A stretch of 64,000 nucleotides of DNA from an uncultured Chloroflexia bacterium. GTDB taxonomy: Bacteria; Chloroflexota; Anaerolineae; Anaerolineales; Villigracilaceae. The notes beneath the pieces were generated by a model. It worked only from the letters and a program-made list of their open reading frames with translations. It was not told the DNA's origin and searched no databases. A program made the position numbers and the translations under genes. The stretch lies in NCBI GenBank assembly GCA_963801385.1, contig CAWDEV010000003.1, positions 338,687-402,686 of the forward strand. The letters run 5' to 3'. Each line of letters opens with the position of its first letter. The stretch's first letter is position 1. Positions 9,787 through 18,725 of this stretch are shown here, one piece after another.

Positions 9787-12252
9787 ATGGGTACAACAAA
9801 ACAATTAACGCTTCCAATCACCGGCATGACCTGCGCCAATTGCGTGGCGACCGTGGAACGCGGTCTTAAAAAACAGGCCGGTGTCCAGGCGGCGGTGGTC
9901 AACCTGGCCTCCGAGCGTGCCACGGTGACATTCGACCCGCTCGCGGTGGGCCTGCCGGCACTGGTGGCACGCGTCGAGCGCGCCGGCTACGGCATTGCCA
10001 CCGGTGAAGCGGACCTGGTGATCAAGCGCCTGGCTGACAGCAATGATGCCAGCCGTCTAGAAAAGGCGCTGGCGAAACTGGATGGCGTCCTGGAGGCGTC
10101 CGTGAGCCTGGCAACCGAACGGGCGCGCCTTAAATACGTGCCAACGGTTGTGAGCCAGGCTGAAATGCGCGCGGCAGTTTCCAAAGCCGGATTTGAAGCG
10201 TTGGAGTTGGGAGGCGAAGCGGAAGATGTCGAAGCAAAGGCGCGCGAGTCTGAGATTGACAACCAGCGCCGTCTGTTGATCATTGGCCTGGCATTTACCA
10301 TCCCGTTATTCCTGTTCTCGATGGCCCGTGACATGGGCTTTTTGGGTATGTGGGCGCATGCTGCCTGGGTGAACGGTCTGATGTGGGCAGTGGCCACGCC
10401 GGTGCAGTTCTACGTGGGATGGCAGTACTACGTGGGGGCTTACAAAGCACTGCGGAACCGCTCAGCCAACATGGACGTGCTGATCGCGATGGGTTCGTCG
10501 GTGGCTTATTTCTATTCAATCTTCATTACCCTGGGTGTGCTTCCCGGCCATGTTTATTTTGAAACGGCGGCGGTGATCATCACGCTGATCCGCCTGGGGA
10601 AGTTCCTGGAGGCACGCGCCAAAGGTAGAACCAGCGAAGCGATCAAGAAGCTGATGGGCTTGCGCGCCAAAACTGCGCATATCATGCGGGCCGGGGTGGA
10701 GTCGGAAGTTCCGGTTGACGAGGTAATGGTGGGGGATCTGGTGCTTGTCCGGCCCGGTGAGAAGATCGCGGTGGATGGCGTGGTGGTGGAGGGGCGTTCG
10801 GCAGTGGATGAATCGATGCTGACAGGCGAATCGCTGCCAGTCGAAAAAGGCCCCGGCGACCCGCTCATCGGTGCGACCATAAATAAACTCGGATTGCTCA
10901 AGTTCGAGGCCACCAAGGTTGGCAAGGAAACCGCCCTGGCGCAGATCATCCGGCTCGTGGAGGAAGCCCAGGGCAGCAAGGCTCCCATCCAGAAACTGGC
11001 TGATCAAGTCTCGGCGATCTTCGTCCCGGTGGTGCTTGGGATTGCGGCGCTTACCTTTCTGGTATGGTTCTTCATTGTCCCGGTCAATCCGGCTGTATCG
11101 CAGTTTACGCGTGCCCTGATCAACATGGTGGCTGTGCTGGTGATCGCCTGCCCGTGTGCGATGGGATTGGCCACGCCGACTGCGGTGATGGTTGGGACGG
11201 GCAAGGGTGCGGAGATGGGCGTCCTCTTCCGCAACAGTGAAGCCCTTGAACGCGCCGGCAAGGTCTCGGTGGTGGTGCTGGATAAAACCGGGACGATCAC
11301 AAAAGGGCAGCCGGCGGTAACGGATGTAGTCGTCAGTCGGGAGTCGTCAGTCTCCAGTGAAGAACTCCTGCACCTGGCGGCTTCAGTTGAAAAAGGTTCG
11401 GAGCACCCGCTGGGCGAGGCCATCTGGGCTGAAGCTACAACGCGTGGGCTGGCGCTGTCTGAGCTGACCGGGTTCAAAGCCGAAGCCGGGGCGGGCGTTG
11501 AGGCCGAAGTGGATGGTCACGCCGTGACAGTCGGGACTCTGCGCATGATGACAACTCGAAATTATGCGCTGCATGGACTGGAAGCCGAAGTGGAACGCCT
11601 CCAATCCGAGGCCAAAACCGCCATGCTGGTGGCGGTGGATGGATCCGTGCAGGGAGTGATCGCCGTGGCCGATACGCTCAAGGACAGTTCGAGAGACGCT
11701 ATCGATGAATTGCACCGCATGGGCCTGAAAGTTGCCATGCTAACCGGCGATAACCGCAAGACGGCTGCAGCGATTGCAGGGCAGGTTGGCGTGGATACGG
11801 TCCTGGCGGAAGTGCTTCCGGAGGGGAAGGCGGCGGAGATAAAGGGGCTGCAAAATCCGACCATTGACGATCAACCATCGACCATCGTCCGACGTCCATC
11901 GTCCGTGGTCAATGTCGTCGCCATGGTAGGCGATGGCGTGAATGACGCCCCGGCACTGGCACAGGCGGATGTGGGTATTGCCATCGGCACTGGCACGGAT
12001 GTGGCCATGGCAGCCGCGCCGGTCACGCTGATCAGCGGTGACCTGCAGGGAGTGGCACGCGCCATTTCCCTCTCGCGCAAGACACTTGGGACCATCAAGC
12101 AGAACCTATTCTGGGCATTTTTCTACAATGTGATCCTGATCCCAGCGGCGGCCATGGGTTTTCTGAACCCAATGCTGGCAGCTGGAGCGATGGCTTTCAG
12201 CAGTGTTTTTGTCGTCTCCAACAGCCTGCGCCTAAGAAAAGCCAAACTCTAA
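9787..12252 (+). CDS. copA: Copper-translocating P1B-type ATPase with two N-terminal HMA domains
   Basis: 821 aa with GMTCANC, the CPC motif in TM6 ([11 protein letters not shown]), DKTGTIT and [10 protein letters not shown]. Confidence 0.95.
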   Translation: MGTTKQLTLPITGMTCANCVATVERGLKKQAGVQAAVVNLASERATVTFDPLAVGLPALVARVERAGYGIATGEADLVIKRLADSNDASRLEKALAKLDGVLEASVSLATERARLKYVPTVVSQAEMRAAVSKAGFEALELGGEAEDVEAKARESEIDNQRRLLIIGLAFTIPLFLFSMARDMGFLGMWAHAAWVNGLMWAVATPVQFYVGWQYYVGAYKALRNRSANMDVLIAMGSSVAYFYSIFITLGVLPGHVYFETAAVIITLIRLGKFLEARAKGRTSEAIKKLMGLRAKTAHIMRAGVESEVPVDEVMVGDLVLVRPGEKIAVDGVVVEGRSAVDESMLTGESLPVEKGPGDPLIGATINKLGLLKFEATKVGKETALAQIIRLVEEAQGSKAPIQKLADQVSAIFVPVVLGIAALTFLVWFFIVPVNPAVSQFTRALINMVAVLVIACPCAMGLATPTAVMVGTGKGAEMGVLFRNSEALERAGKVSVVVLDKTGTITKGQPAVTDVVVSRESSVSSEELLHLAASVEKGSEHPLGEAIWAEATTRGLALSELTGFKAEAGAGVEAEVDGHAVTVGTLRMMTTRNYALHGLEAEVERLQSEAKTAMLVAVDGSVQGVIAVADTLKDSSRDAIDELHRMGLKVAMLTGDNRKTAAAIAGQVGVDTVLAEVLPEGKAAEIKGLQNPTIDDQPSTIVRRPSSVVNVVAMVGDGVNDAPALAQADVGIAIGTGTDVAMAAAPVTLISGDLQGVARAISLSRKTLGTIKQNLFWAFFYNVILIPAAAMGFLNPMLAAGAMAFSSVFVVSNSLRLRKAKL

Positions 12253-12262
12253 TCAGGATTTT

Positions 12263-12296
12263 ACGACCGTACATCCATTGATAACGGTCGTTTTTT
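12263..12296 (+). terminator. Rho-independent terminator after copA
   Basis: ACGACCGT-13 nt loop-ACGGTCGT followed by TTTTTT. Confidence 0.6.
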
Positions 12297-12315
12297 GATC
12301 ACGAATGCCACGAAT

Positions 12316-14162
12316 GAGTCCACTGAAAAAACGATTGGACGAAAAAGGTAAGAGTTTAATATAATAGAGACATCCTTCCTGCGGAAAAAGTGAAGCATGT
12401 TCAAAGCGAATAAACGTCATCTACAACCCTTGCTGATCAGCAATGTGAGCGATCTTCCCGAGAAACACCAGCAACGTCTGGATCGATCCTGGGCAGGCGT
12501 ATTCTATCGAGAGACCTTCTGTCGTTTGAAAGAAGAAGCTTTTGCAGTTTTATATGATGATCAACCCTCCCGGCCAAACATACCGGTGAATGTATTGGTG
12601 GGCCTGGAAACGCTCAAGGCTGGATTTGGCTGGAGTGACGAAGAATTGTACGATCATTCTGTTTTTGATATGCAAGTACGCTATGCCTTGGGCTACCGAG
12701 ATTTGAAAGAAGGCGAATTTGATATACGCACGCTGTACAATTTTCGACAGCGTTTGAGCCGGTACAATCAAGCCCAAGGGGTCAATCTCCTGGTAAAGGC
12801 ATTTGAAGAGATCACAGATCAGCAGATTAGCGACTTGAAAATTCAGACGCACATTCAACGAATGGATAGCACGCAAATTGCCAGTAACATCATGGATATG
12901 AGTCGCTTGCAGTTGTTGGTAGAAGCCATTCAGCGTCTTTACCGCATTTTATCCGAAGCTGATCGACAAAGCTACAAAGAGATGTTTGCACCCTACTTGA
13001 AAGTCAGTTCTGGGCAGTATACGTATAGCATCAAAGGGAAAGAAGAAACCCATCGGAACATTCAGCAGGTAGGCGAGAGCATGTATCGGGTCCGGAGTGA
13101 GTTGAAAGAGCGTTACGGGTCAGAACCCGTCTTTCAAGTTTTCGAGCGCTTTTTCAGTGATAATTTTCACCTGGAAGGCCAACAGGTGCGGGCCAAGAAA
13201 AACGAAGAGATCAGTGCCGAGTGTTTGCAGTCCTGCGATGACCTGGAAGCTACCTTTCGGCGCAAGCAGGAGCAGGAGTACAAAGGCTACGTGGCCAACC
13301 TGGCTGAGACCTGCGAACCAAGCAATCCTTGCCAGCTGATCACCAAGGTTCAGGTGGCACCCAATCATGTGGAGGATTCTGATCTGATGATTACCGCTGT
13401 ACCGGATTTGAAGCAGCGCACGGACCTGGAAACCCTGCATACGGACGGCGCGTACAGCAGTCCGGAAGCCGATCCGGTCTTACAGAAAAACCATGTGGAA
13501 TTAGTCCCAACCGCCATCAAAGGCCGTCACCCAGATCAAGGTAAATTCGGTTTGGCAGCCTATACCTTCCAGGTTGATGAACAAGGAGTGCCCCTCCAGA
13601 TGACTTGTCCACAGGAACAGGTTGCTCGCATTCAGTGGGGAAACAAGAAAGGCGCTCTGGTCGCTGATTTTGAACCGCTTCATTGCGAAACCTGTCCTTT
13701 TCATAAAAGTGGTCAATGCCGCGTCAAGCCAGGCAAACGCGACAAACACTATCACCTGGATTTCAACCTGCATGAGGTTCAAGTAGCCAGACGCCGCCAG
13801 GCAAAAGATCAGCAAAAACACAGCGGCAAAAACTTGCGGGCTGCGGTGGAAGCCACCATGCGCACAATCAAGCATTCGTTCCCGGCAGGTAAATTGCCGG
13901 TCCGCGGCTTGTTCCGGGTCACCAGTTTGATCGTCGGATCGGCTTTGATGAGCAATGTGCGCAGTATCTTGCGTTATGAAAAAGCCAAATTCAAGAAGGA
14001 TCAGTTGCAAATCGCTCCTAAAGAGCCTGAAATAGGCTCCTCGGAACAACCTTTAGTCTCTTTTTTGCGTTTGTGTTGGCTTCGCATGGAAGTCTTTATG
14101 CGGCTTTTTGAGAAACCATTGTCGTGCTTCACTTGTTAAAGTGCTGTTTTTTCAGTGGACTC
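12316..14162 (+). mobile_element. IS1182-family (IS5-like) insertion sequence, apparently intact
   Basis: Perfect 17-bp terminal inverted repeats: GAGTCCACTGAAAAAAC at 12316-12332 and GTTTTTTCAGTGGACTC at 14146-14162. ACGAAT flanks both ends. It carries a single 580-aa transposase ORF. Confidence 0.8.
12397..14139 (+). CDS. IS1182/IS5-type DDE transposase
   Basis: 580 aa. The N-terminal region (PNIPVNVLVGLETLKAGFGWSDEELYDHSVFDMQVRYALG) resembles the InsH-N/DUF772 domain. The C-terminal tail (AVEATMRTIKHSFPAGKLPVRGLFRV) is typical of IS1182 transposases. Confidence 0.85.
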   Translation: MFKANKRHLQPLLISNVSDLPEKHQQRLDRSWAGVFYRETFCRLKEEAFAVLYDDQPSRPNIPVNVLVGLETLKAGFGWSDEELYDHSVFDMQVRYALGYRDLKEGEFDIRTLYNFRQRLSRYNQAQGVNLLVKAFEEITDQQISDLKIQTHIQRMDSTQIASNIMDMSRLQLLVEAIQRLYRILSEADRQSYKEMFAPYLKVSSGQYTYSIKGKEETHRNIQQVGESMYRVRSELKERYGSEPVFQVFERFFSDNFHLEGQQVRAKKNEEISAECLQSCDDLEATFRRKQEQEYKGYVANLAETCEPSNPCQLITKVQVAPNHVEDSDLMITAVPDLKQRTDLETLHTDGAYSSPEADPVLQKNHVELVPTAIKGRHPDQGKFGLAAYTFQVDEQGVPLQMTCPQEQVARIQWGNKKGALVADFEPLHCETCPFHKSGQCRVKPGKRDKHYHLDFNLHEVQVARRRQAKDQQKHSGKNLRAAVEATMRTIKHSFPAGKLPVRGLFRVTSLIVGSALMSNVRSILRYEKAKFKKDQLQIAPKEPEIGSSEQPLVSFLRLCWLRMEVFMRLFEKPLSCFTC

Positions 14163-14266
14163 ACGAATGCCTCGAATAGACGAATGCCACAAATTATTAA
14201 AAAGAACAATCGTGAAATTCGGCTAATTCGTCCTATTCGTCATGAAGAACACCTGACAGGTAATCC

Positions 14267-15358
14267 ATGGATATTAACCAGATCTTTGTTGCCTTCATCA
14301 CGGGCCTGACCACGGGGGGATTAAGCTGCCTGGCTGTCCAGGGTGGCCTGTTGGCCAGTTCCCTGGAAAACCAGTTGGAACAGCAGCTCGACCTGCAAAT
14401 CGAACAGGAATTGGCGGCGCGGCGGGCTCACCGCTCCGGGAAGAAGCAAACGCGGTTCCTGGCACACCCACGCCTGGCGCTGCCCATCCTTTTATTCCTG
14501 GTGGCCAAACTGGCTGCCTATACACTGCTTGGGTTCCTGCTGGGGGCATTGGGTTCGGTACTCCAATTAAATGCTGTTACGCGTGCCATCCTGTTGATTG
14601 CCATTGGTATCTTCATGATCGGCAACGCATTGCGGATGTTCAACGTTCATCCCTTCTTCCGCTACTTCTCGATCGAGCCGCCCAAGTTCATCACCCGCTA
14701 TATCCGGCGGAAGGCAAAGAACGGAGAGAGTTTCTTTGCCCCGCTATTCCTGGGCGCTCTGACGGTCTTTATCCCCTGCGGCGTTACCCAGGCGATGATG
14801 GCTGTGGCGGTCGGTACGGGCAGCGCCCTGCAAGGTGCGGTATTGATGTTCGCCTTTGTCCTCGGTACAAGCCCGGTGTTTTTTGTGGTGGCGTACCTCA
14901 CCATGCAACTGGGTGCCCGGTTGGAGAAAGCTTTCATGCGCTTCGTGGCGATCGTGCTGCTGGTTCTGGGGCTGGTCTCGGTGAATAGCGGTCTCAACCT
15001 GGTCGGGTCGCCCCTCTCTGCCCAGAACTTGACACAAGCACTTTTCGCAGCTCCGGCGGTCACCAACCAGGAAGCCTCATCAAGCCCCGCCACCACACTG
15101 CTGTTAAATGCCTCCAACAGCGGCTATTCTCCGCAGCGCTTATATGCAAAAGCCGGGCAGGCGATCTTGCTCAATATCGTCACGAATAAAACATACTCTT
15201 GCGCACGCGATTTCGTCATCCCGGCACTTGGGGTTGAGAAGCTGCTGCCGCAGAGCGGAACGGTGCCGGTAAATATCCCGTCGCAGGCTGCCGGGACGGT
15301 AATGCGTTTTTCTTGCTCGATGGGGATGTATACTGGTGAGATCGTATTTAGTGAGTGA
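14267..15358 (+). CDS. Polytopic membrane protein (DsbD_2/UreH/TauE-like) fused to a C-terminal cupredoxin-like domain
   Basis: 363 aa with an N-terminal GLTTGGLSCLAVQGG motif and about 6 TM helices. The C-terminal roughly 90 aa is a beta-rich domain with Cys/Met ligand candidates (YSCARDF, RFSCSMGMYTGEI). Confidence 0.6.
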   Translation: MDINQIFVAFITGLTTGGLSCLAVQGGLLASSLENQLEQQLDLQIEQELAARRAHRSGKKQTRFLAHPRLALPILLFLVAKLAAYTLLGFLLGALGSVLQLNAVTRAILLIAIGIFMIGNALRMFNVHPFFRYFSIEPPKFITRYIRRKAKNGESFFAPLFLGALTVFIPCGVTQAMMAVAVGTGSALQGAVLMFAFVLGTSPVFFVVAYLTMQLGARLEKAFMRFVAIVLLVLGLVSVNSGLNLVGSPLSAQNLTQALFAAPAVTNQEASSSPATTLLLNASNSGYSPQRLYAKAGQAILLNIVTNKTYSCARDFVIPALGVEKLLPQSGTVPVNIPSQAAGTVMRFSCSMGMYTGEIVFSE

Positions 15359-15364
15359 TGTGAT

Positions 15365-15577
15365 ATGGTTAAGAAGACGTTTCGCGTCGAGGGGATGAGT
15401 TGCTCGAGCTGCCCGATGAACGTGGAAAGCATTGAAGATGACCTGCCGGGAATCAAGCAGGTTTCGGCCAGCTACCAGAAGGGGAACATGGTGGTGGAGT
15501 ACGACGAGACCCGGGTGAGCGAGGCGCAGATCATTGCGGCGGTGACAAAGAAAGGCTACCAGGCGTTCCCGGAATGA
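15365..15577 (+). CDS. Second HMA-domain metallochaperone
   Basis: 70 aa with a GMSCSSC metal-binding loop, starting 7 nt after the upstream gene. Confidence 0.85.
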   Translation: MVKKTFRVEGMSCSSCPMNVESIEDDLPGIKQVSASYQKGNMVVEYDETRVSEAQIIAAVTKKGYQAFPE

Positions 15578-15638
15578 TCTGGCCATTTACATGGTAATGT
15601 CCTCGTCATGAACCGCGACGGGGACTTTTTTTCATTCC

Positions 15639-16019
15639 TCAAGAGATGAAATGTAAAGCAAAGAGGTGGTCATCGTAAGCAATCGGGACCATCACAACTG
15701 ATGTAGCAACAGTCCCACCGGATTTCTTTTTCCAGATTACTTTGATGTTTGCCGGGATTAATTTGTCCATTGCCTGCTGGTAAGCGTTAACCAGCACTTC
15801 CTGGCTGCCTGGATCAACGAATTCCGGAAAAGCATCTTCCACTTTCGCCCATTCCTCGGGTGAGCGATAGCCCAATAGGGCGGCAAACTTTTCATTACAA
15901 ACCTTGTGGATATCGTCCAGATAGATATAGATGGCTTGTTGAGAGGAATCCAGGATACTCCTCATTTGTCTGGTAATCCCGGCAATAAGCTCCTCGTGAT
16001 GCATTTGTTCATCTTTCAT
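15639..16019 (-). CDS. Stand-alone PAS-domain protein
   Basis: 126 aa. AIYIYLDDIHKVCNEKFAALLGY and WKKKSGGTVATSVVMVP are consistent with a PAS fold. Confidence 0.6.
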   Translation of the reverse strand: MKDEQMHHEELIAGITRQMRSILDSSQQAIYIYLDDIHKVCNEKFAALLGYRSPEEWAKVEDAFPEFVDPGSQEVLVNAYQQAMDKLIPANIKVIWKKKSGGTVATSVVMVPIAYDDHLFALHFIS

Positions 16020-16091
16020 TATGACCTTCTTTCTCTAATTTATCATATTTTAACGCTTTTCGAAATAATTATCAAGACCGCGGATAAGAGC

Positions 16092-16120
16092 TTGACCAGC
16101 ATGGATTTCTCGATTAAAAT
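16092..16120 (+). promoter_or_regulatory. Sigma-70-type promoter for tRNA-Arg (TTGACC-17 nt-TAAAAT)
   Basis: The -35 TTGACC lies at 16092-16097 and the -10 TAAAAT at 16115-16120, 18 nt before the tRNA 5' end. Confidence 0.5.
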
Positions 16121-16138
16121 CCTTTCGCTTAAACCGAT

Positions 16139-16215
16139 GCCCCTTTAGCTCAGCGGATTAGAGCGTTTGGTTGCGGACCAAAAGGCCGCGCGTTCGAATC
16201 GCGCAAGGGGCGCCA
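16139..16215 (+). tRNA. tRNA-Arg, anticodon GCG, CCA encoded
   Basis: Folded by hand. The acceptor is GCCCCTT/AAGGGGC and the D stem GCTC/GAGC. The anticodon stem is TTTGG/CCAAA with loop TTGCGGA. The T arm is GCGCG-TTCGAAT-CGCGC, the discriminator G, then CCA. Confidence 0.85.
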
Positions 16216-16216
16216 G

Positions 16217-16240
16217 AGAAGCGGGAAATCCCGCTTCTTT
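16217..16240 (+). terminator. Hairpin after tRNA-Arg (AGAAGCGGG-AAAT-CCCGCTTCT + TT)
   Basis: A perfect 9-bp stem with a weak T tract. It may be only a processing or attenuating element, because surE follows 18 nt later. Confidence 0.4.
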
Positions 16241-16257
16241 CGTTGTCAGGAGGTCGC

Positions 16258-17073
16258 ATGGGGAAGTGCCAGATATTGCTTACCAATGATGACGGGATCA
16301 AATCGCCAGGCCTGTGGGCAGCCGCTGAGGCGCTTTCCGACCTGGGCTTTGTCACCGTGGCCGCGCCACAGCAGCAGTCCTCCGGTATGGGCCGCAGCCT
16401 GCCATCCACCTCGAACGGCACCATTCGTACGAAGGTCGTGCACGTGCGTGGCAAGGAGTGGACCGTGCACGCGGTTGGAGGAAGTCCAGCCCAGGCGGTC
16501 CTGCATGGGATCCTGGAGATCATGCCGCAAAAGCCCGACCTGGTTGTCTCCGGCATAAACTACGGCGAAAACGTAGCCACCGGTGTCACCATCTCCGGGA
16601 CAGTTGGCGCGGCGCTGGAGGCCGCATCGCATGGCATCCCGGCCCTGGCAATGTCGCTGGAGACCAGCCGGGAGCTCCACCAGTCGTATTCGACGGAGGT
16701 CGATTTCTCAACCGCAGCCTGGTTCACAGCCCTCTTTGCCCGGAGAATCCTGGAAAAGCACTTTCCGCCGGATGTGGATCTGCTTAAGGTGGATGTGCCT
16801 GCGACGGCAACAAGGCAGACGCCCTGGCAGGTCACCCGCGCGGCACGCCAACGCTATTATGTGCCGGTGCTGCACGCACGGAAATCCTGGGAAGAACCCG
16901 GGGTGGTGGACTACGTGGAACAGGCCGAACTGGACGATAAATACAAGGGCAGCGACGTATATGTGCTGCGCATCCAGCAGGAAGTATCCGTGACACCACT
17001 CAGCCTGGATCTCACCAGCCGGGTGGATCTGGATGAATTGGATCGTTTGTTACGCAATGGTGTTACCAGCTAA
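16258..17073 (+). CDS. surE: 5'/3'-nucleotidase SurE
   Basis: ORF 16171..17073 is trimmed to ATG 16258 (AGGAGG 6 nt upstream). MGKCQILLTNDDGIKSPG is the SurE signature. The upstream ORF part overlaps the tRNA. Confidence 0.85.
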   Translation: MGKCQILLTNDDGIKSPGLWAAAEALSDLGFVTVAAPQQQSSGMGRSLPSTSNGTIRTKVVHVRGKEWTVHAVGGSPAQAVLHGILEIMPQKPDLVVSGINYGENVATGVTISGTVGAALEAASHGIPALAMSLETSRELHQSYSTEVDFSTAAWFTALFARRILEKHFPPDVDLLKVDVPATATRQTPWQVTRAARQRYYVPVLHARKSWEEPGVVDYVEQAELDDKYKGSDVYVLRIQQEVSVTPLSLDLTSRVDLDELDRLLRNGVTS

Positions 17074-17166
17074 TAGAAATCTTAAAATGTTCAACCACCT
17101 CTTGTTATTTGCGTATATTATCGTATACTACGAATCTGCAATTCATACCAATACGAGGAAAGTAAA

Positions 17167-18426
17167 ATGACCATTCCGATTCAGGATCAAGATAAGGAAA
17201 ACGAAAAACCTCCCAGTCAACTGCCGCGCCAGGCGCGTCCGTGGCGGGTGGCTGTGCTCGCGAACATCAAGGAGCACGATAAACCCCTCCCACCGGATGT
17301 ACCACCAGACGCCGGCGCGGATTACGATTATATTGAAACGATAGATATCATCCGGGCAGCCATTGAGACCGATGGCCATAAAACCTTCTTTATCCAGGCC
17401 GATACGAAACTGCCCTATGCATTGAAGGAAGTAAAGCCGGATATCTGCTTCAACATTGCCGAAGGGTTGGGGGGTGATGCCCGCGAAGCCCAAACGCCGG
17501 CTCTGCTGGAATTGCTCAAAATCCCATATACCGGCAGCCGTGTCCTGACCAGCGCGATTTCGCTGGACAAGACACTCACCAAGCGTCTCTGGCGCGACCG
17601 CAATCTGCCGGTCGCACCCTTCCAGGAGTTTACCTTCGGCGACGAACCCCTGCGCCCTGAAATGCGCTTCCCGCTCTTTGTAAAGCCGGCCCGCGAGGGC
17701 ACCGGCATGGGCGTGGATACCAAGGCCATCGTCAATACTGAAGCCGAACTGCGCGAGCGTACCGAATATGTCATCCGCCTGTATAACCAACCGGCGCTGG
17801 TTGAGGCCTTTTTACCGGGGCGCGAGTTCACGGTTGGGGTCCTGGGACGGCATGATACCATCCTCTATTCCCGCCACCCGGAATGGTATGATAAAGACGG
17901 TTTCCACCGCCTGCCGGTGCTCGAGCTGGACAGCTCGCGTTCGGTTACACCCGGAGTTTATGGTATCGCCGCCAAGGCCCAATCAGTCGGCACAGAAGGG
18001 GCACCCGGCTACCTATGCCCGGCTCCGGTTGAACCCGAACTGACCAGGAAGCTTCAACGGCTGGCATACCGGGCGCATGTGGTACTGGGCGCTCTGGATG
18101 TCTCCCGTACTGACATCCGTCTTGACGCCGAGGGTCAGCCGCGCCTGATCGAAATCAACACCCTGCCCGGCCTGACACCCAGCTACAGTGACCTGTGCAT
18201 CCAGGCTGCCTCGGAGGGTATTTCCTATGAGGATCTGATTCTTGAGATCTTATACCTGGGCGCCAGCCGCTGGGGACTCCTGCCAGCCCGCGACATATCC
18301 GCTTTCCTGAAAAAGAAAGCCGAATCCCTGGCGTGCAAGACAAATGGAAATGGTAAAACAGCCAACGGGAAACAAATTGATCTGGAGGGGCCGCTCAAGA
18401 AACGCGCTGAAGAATCTCTGGTATAA
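17167..18426 (+). CDS. D-alanine--D-alanine-ligase-family ATP-grasp enzyme with N- and C-terminal extensions
   Basis: 419 aa with the pattern DICFNIAEGLGGDAREAQTPALLELLKIPYTGS ... DKTLTKRLW ... FVKPAREGTGMGV ... IEINTLPGL. Confidence 0.75.
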   Translation: MTIPIQDQDKENEKPPSQLPRQARPWRVAVLANIKEHDKPLPPDVPPDAGADYDYIETIDIIRAAIETDGHKTFFIQADTKLPYALKEVKPDICFNIAEGLGGDAREAQTPALLELLKIPYTGSRVLTSAISLDKTLTKRLWRDRNLPVAPFQEFTFGDEPLRPEMRFPLFVKPAREGTGMGVDTKAIVNTEAELRERTEYVIRLYNQPALVEAFLPGREFTVGVLGRHDTILYSRHPEWYDKDGFHRLPVLELDSSRSVTPGVYGIAAKAQSVGTEGAPGYLCPAPVEPELTRKLQRLAYRAHVVLGALDVSRTDIRLDAEGQPRLIEINTLPGLTPSYSDLCIQAASEGISYEDLILEILYLGASRWGLLPARDISAFLKKKAESLACKTNGNGKTANGKQIDLEGPLKKRAEESLV

Positions 18427-18442
18427 TTCGCCCCGCTTCAAC

Positions 18443-18531
18443 GGAGAGGTCGCGTAGCTGGCTTAGCGCGCACGCTTGGAAAGCGTGTAACCCACAAAGG
18501 TTCGCGGGTTCGAATCCCGCCCTCTCCGCCA
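18443..18531 (+). tRNA. tRNA-Ser, anticodon GGA, long variable arm, CCA encoded
   Basis: Hand fold. The acceptor is GGAGAGG/CCTCTCC. The anticodon stem is CACGC/GCGTG with loop TTGGAAA. There is a 15-nt variable arm, and the T arm is GCGGG-TTCGAAT-CCCGC. Confidence 0.85.
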
Positions 18532-18533
18532 GA

Positions 18534-18562
18534 AAACACCTCTTTCCGAAGGGGTGTTTTTC
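18534..18562 (+). terminator. Terminator after tRNA-Ser (AACACCTC..GGGGTGTT + TTT)
   Basis: A hairpin plus T run immediately after the CCA end. Confidence 0.6.
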
Positions 18563-18595
18563 GTTAGGTTCGCCGGCCCCCAAAAGGGGATGATA

Positions 18596-18650
18596 TTCGA
18601 ATCCCGCCCTCTCCGCCAGAAAACACCTCTTTTCGAAGGGGTGTTTTTTT
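18596..18650. repeat. Direct duplicate of the tRNA-Ser 3' end plus its terminator
   Basis: TTCGAATCCCGCCCTCTCCGCCAGAAAACACCTCTTTTCGAAGGGGTGTTTTT repeats 18509-18561 with one mismatch, 87 bp downstream. Confidence 0.75.
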
Positions 18651-18725
18651 GGTTAGGGGAGAGGATAACCACTGACTTGATCAGGCATTTTGGCTGCGAG
18701 AATCCAAGACTCTGTTATACTTGGA

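Noticed and set aside
13501-14049. 182-aa minus-strand ORF inside the IS element
   Set aside because: It is antisense to the transposase gene. No motif or RBS was seen, and IS1182 elements carry a single ORF.
16171-16257. Upstream part of the surE ORF
   Set aside because: It overlaps the tRNA-Arg gene and its hairpin. The SurE signature and an AGGAGG RBS support ATG 16258.
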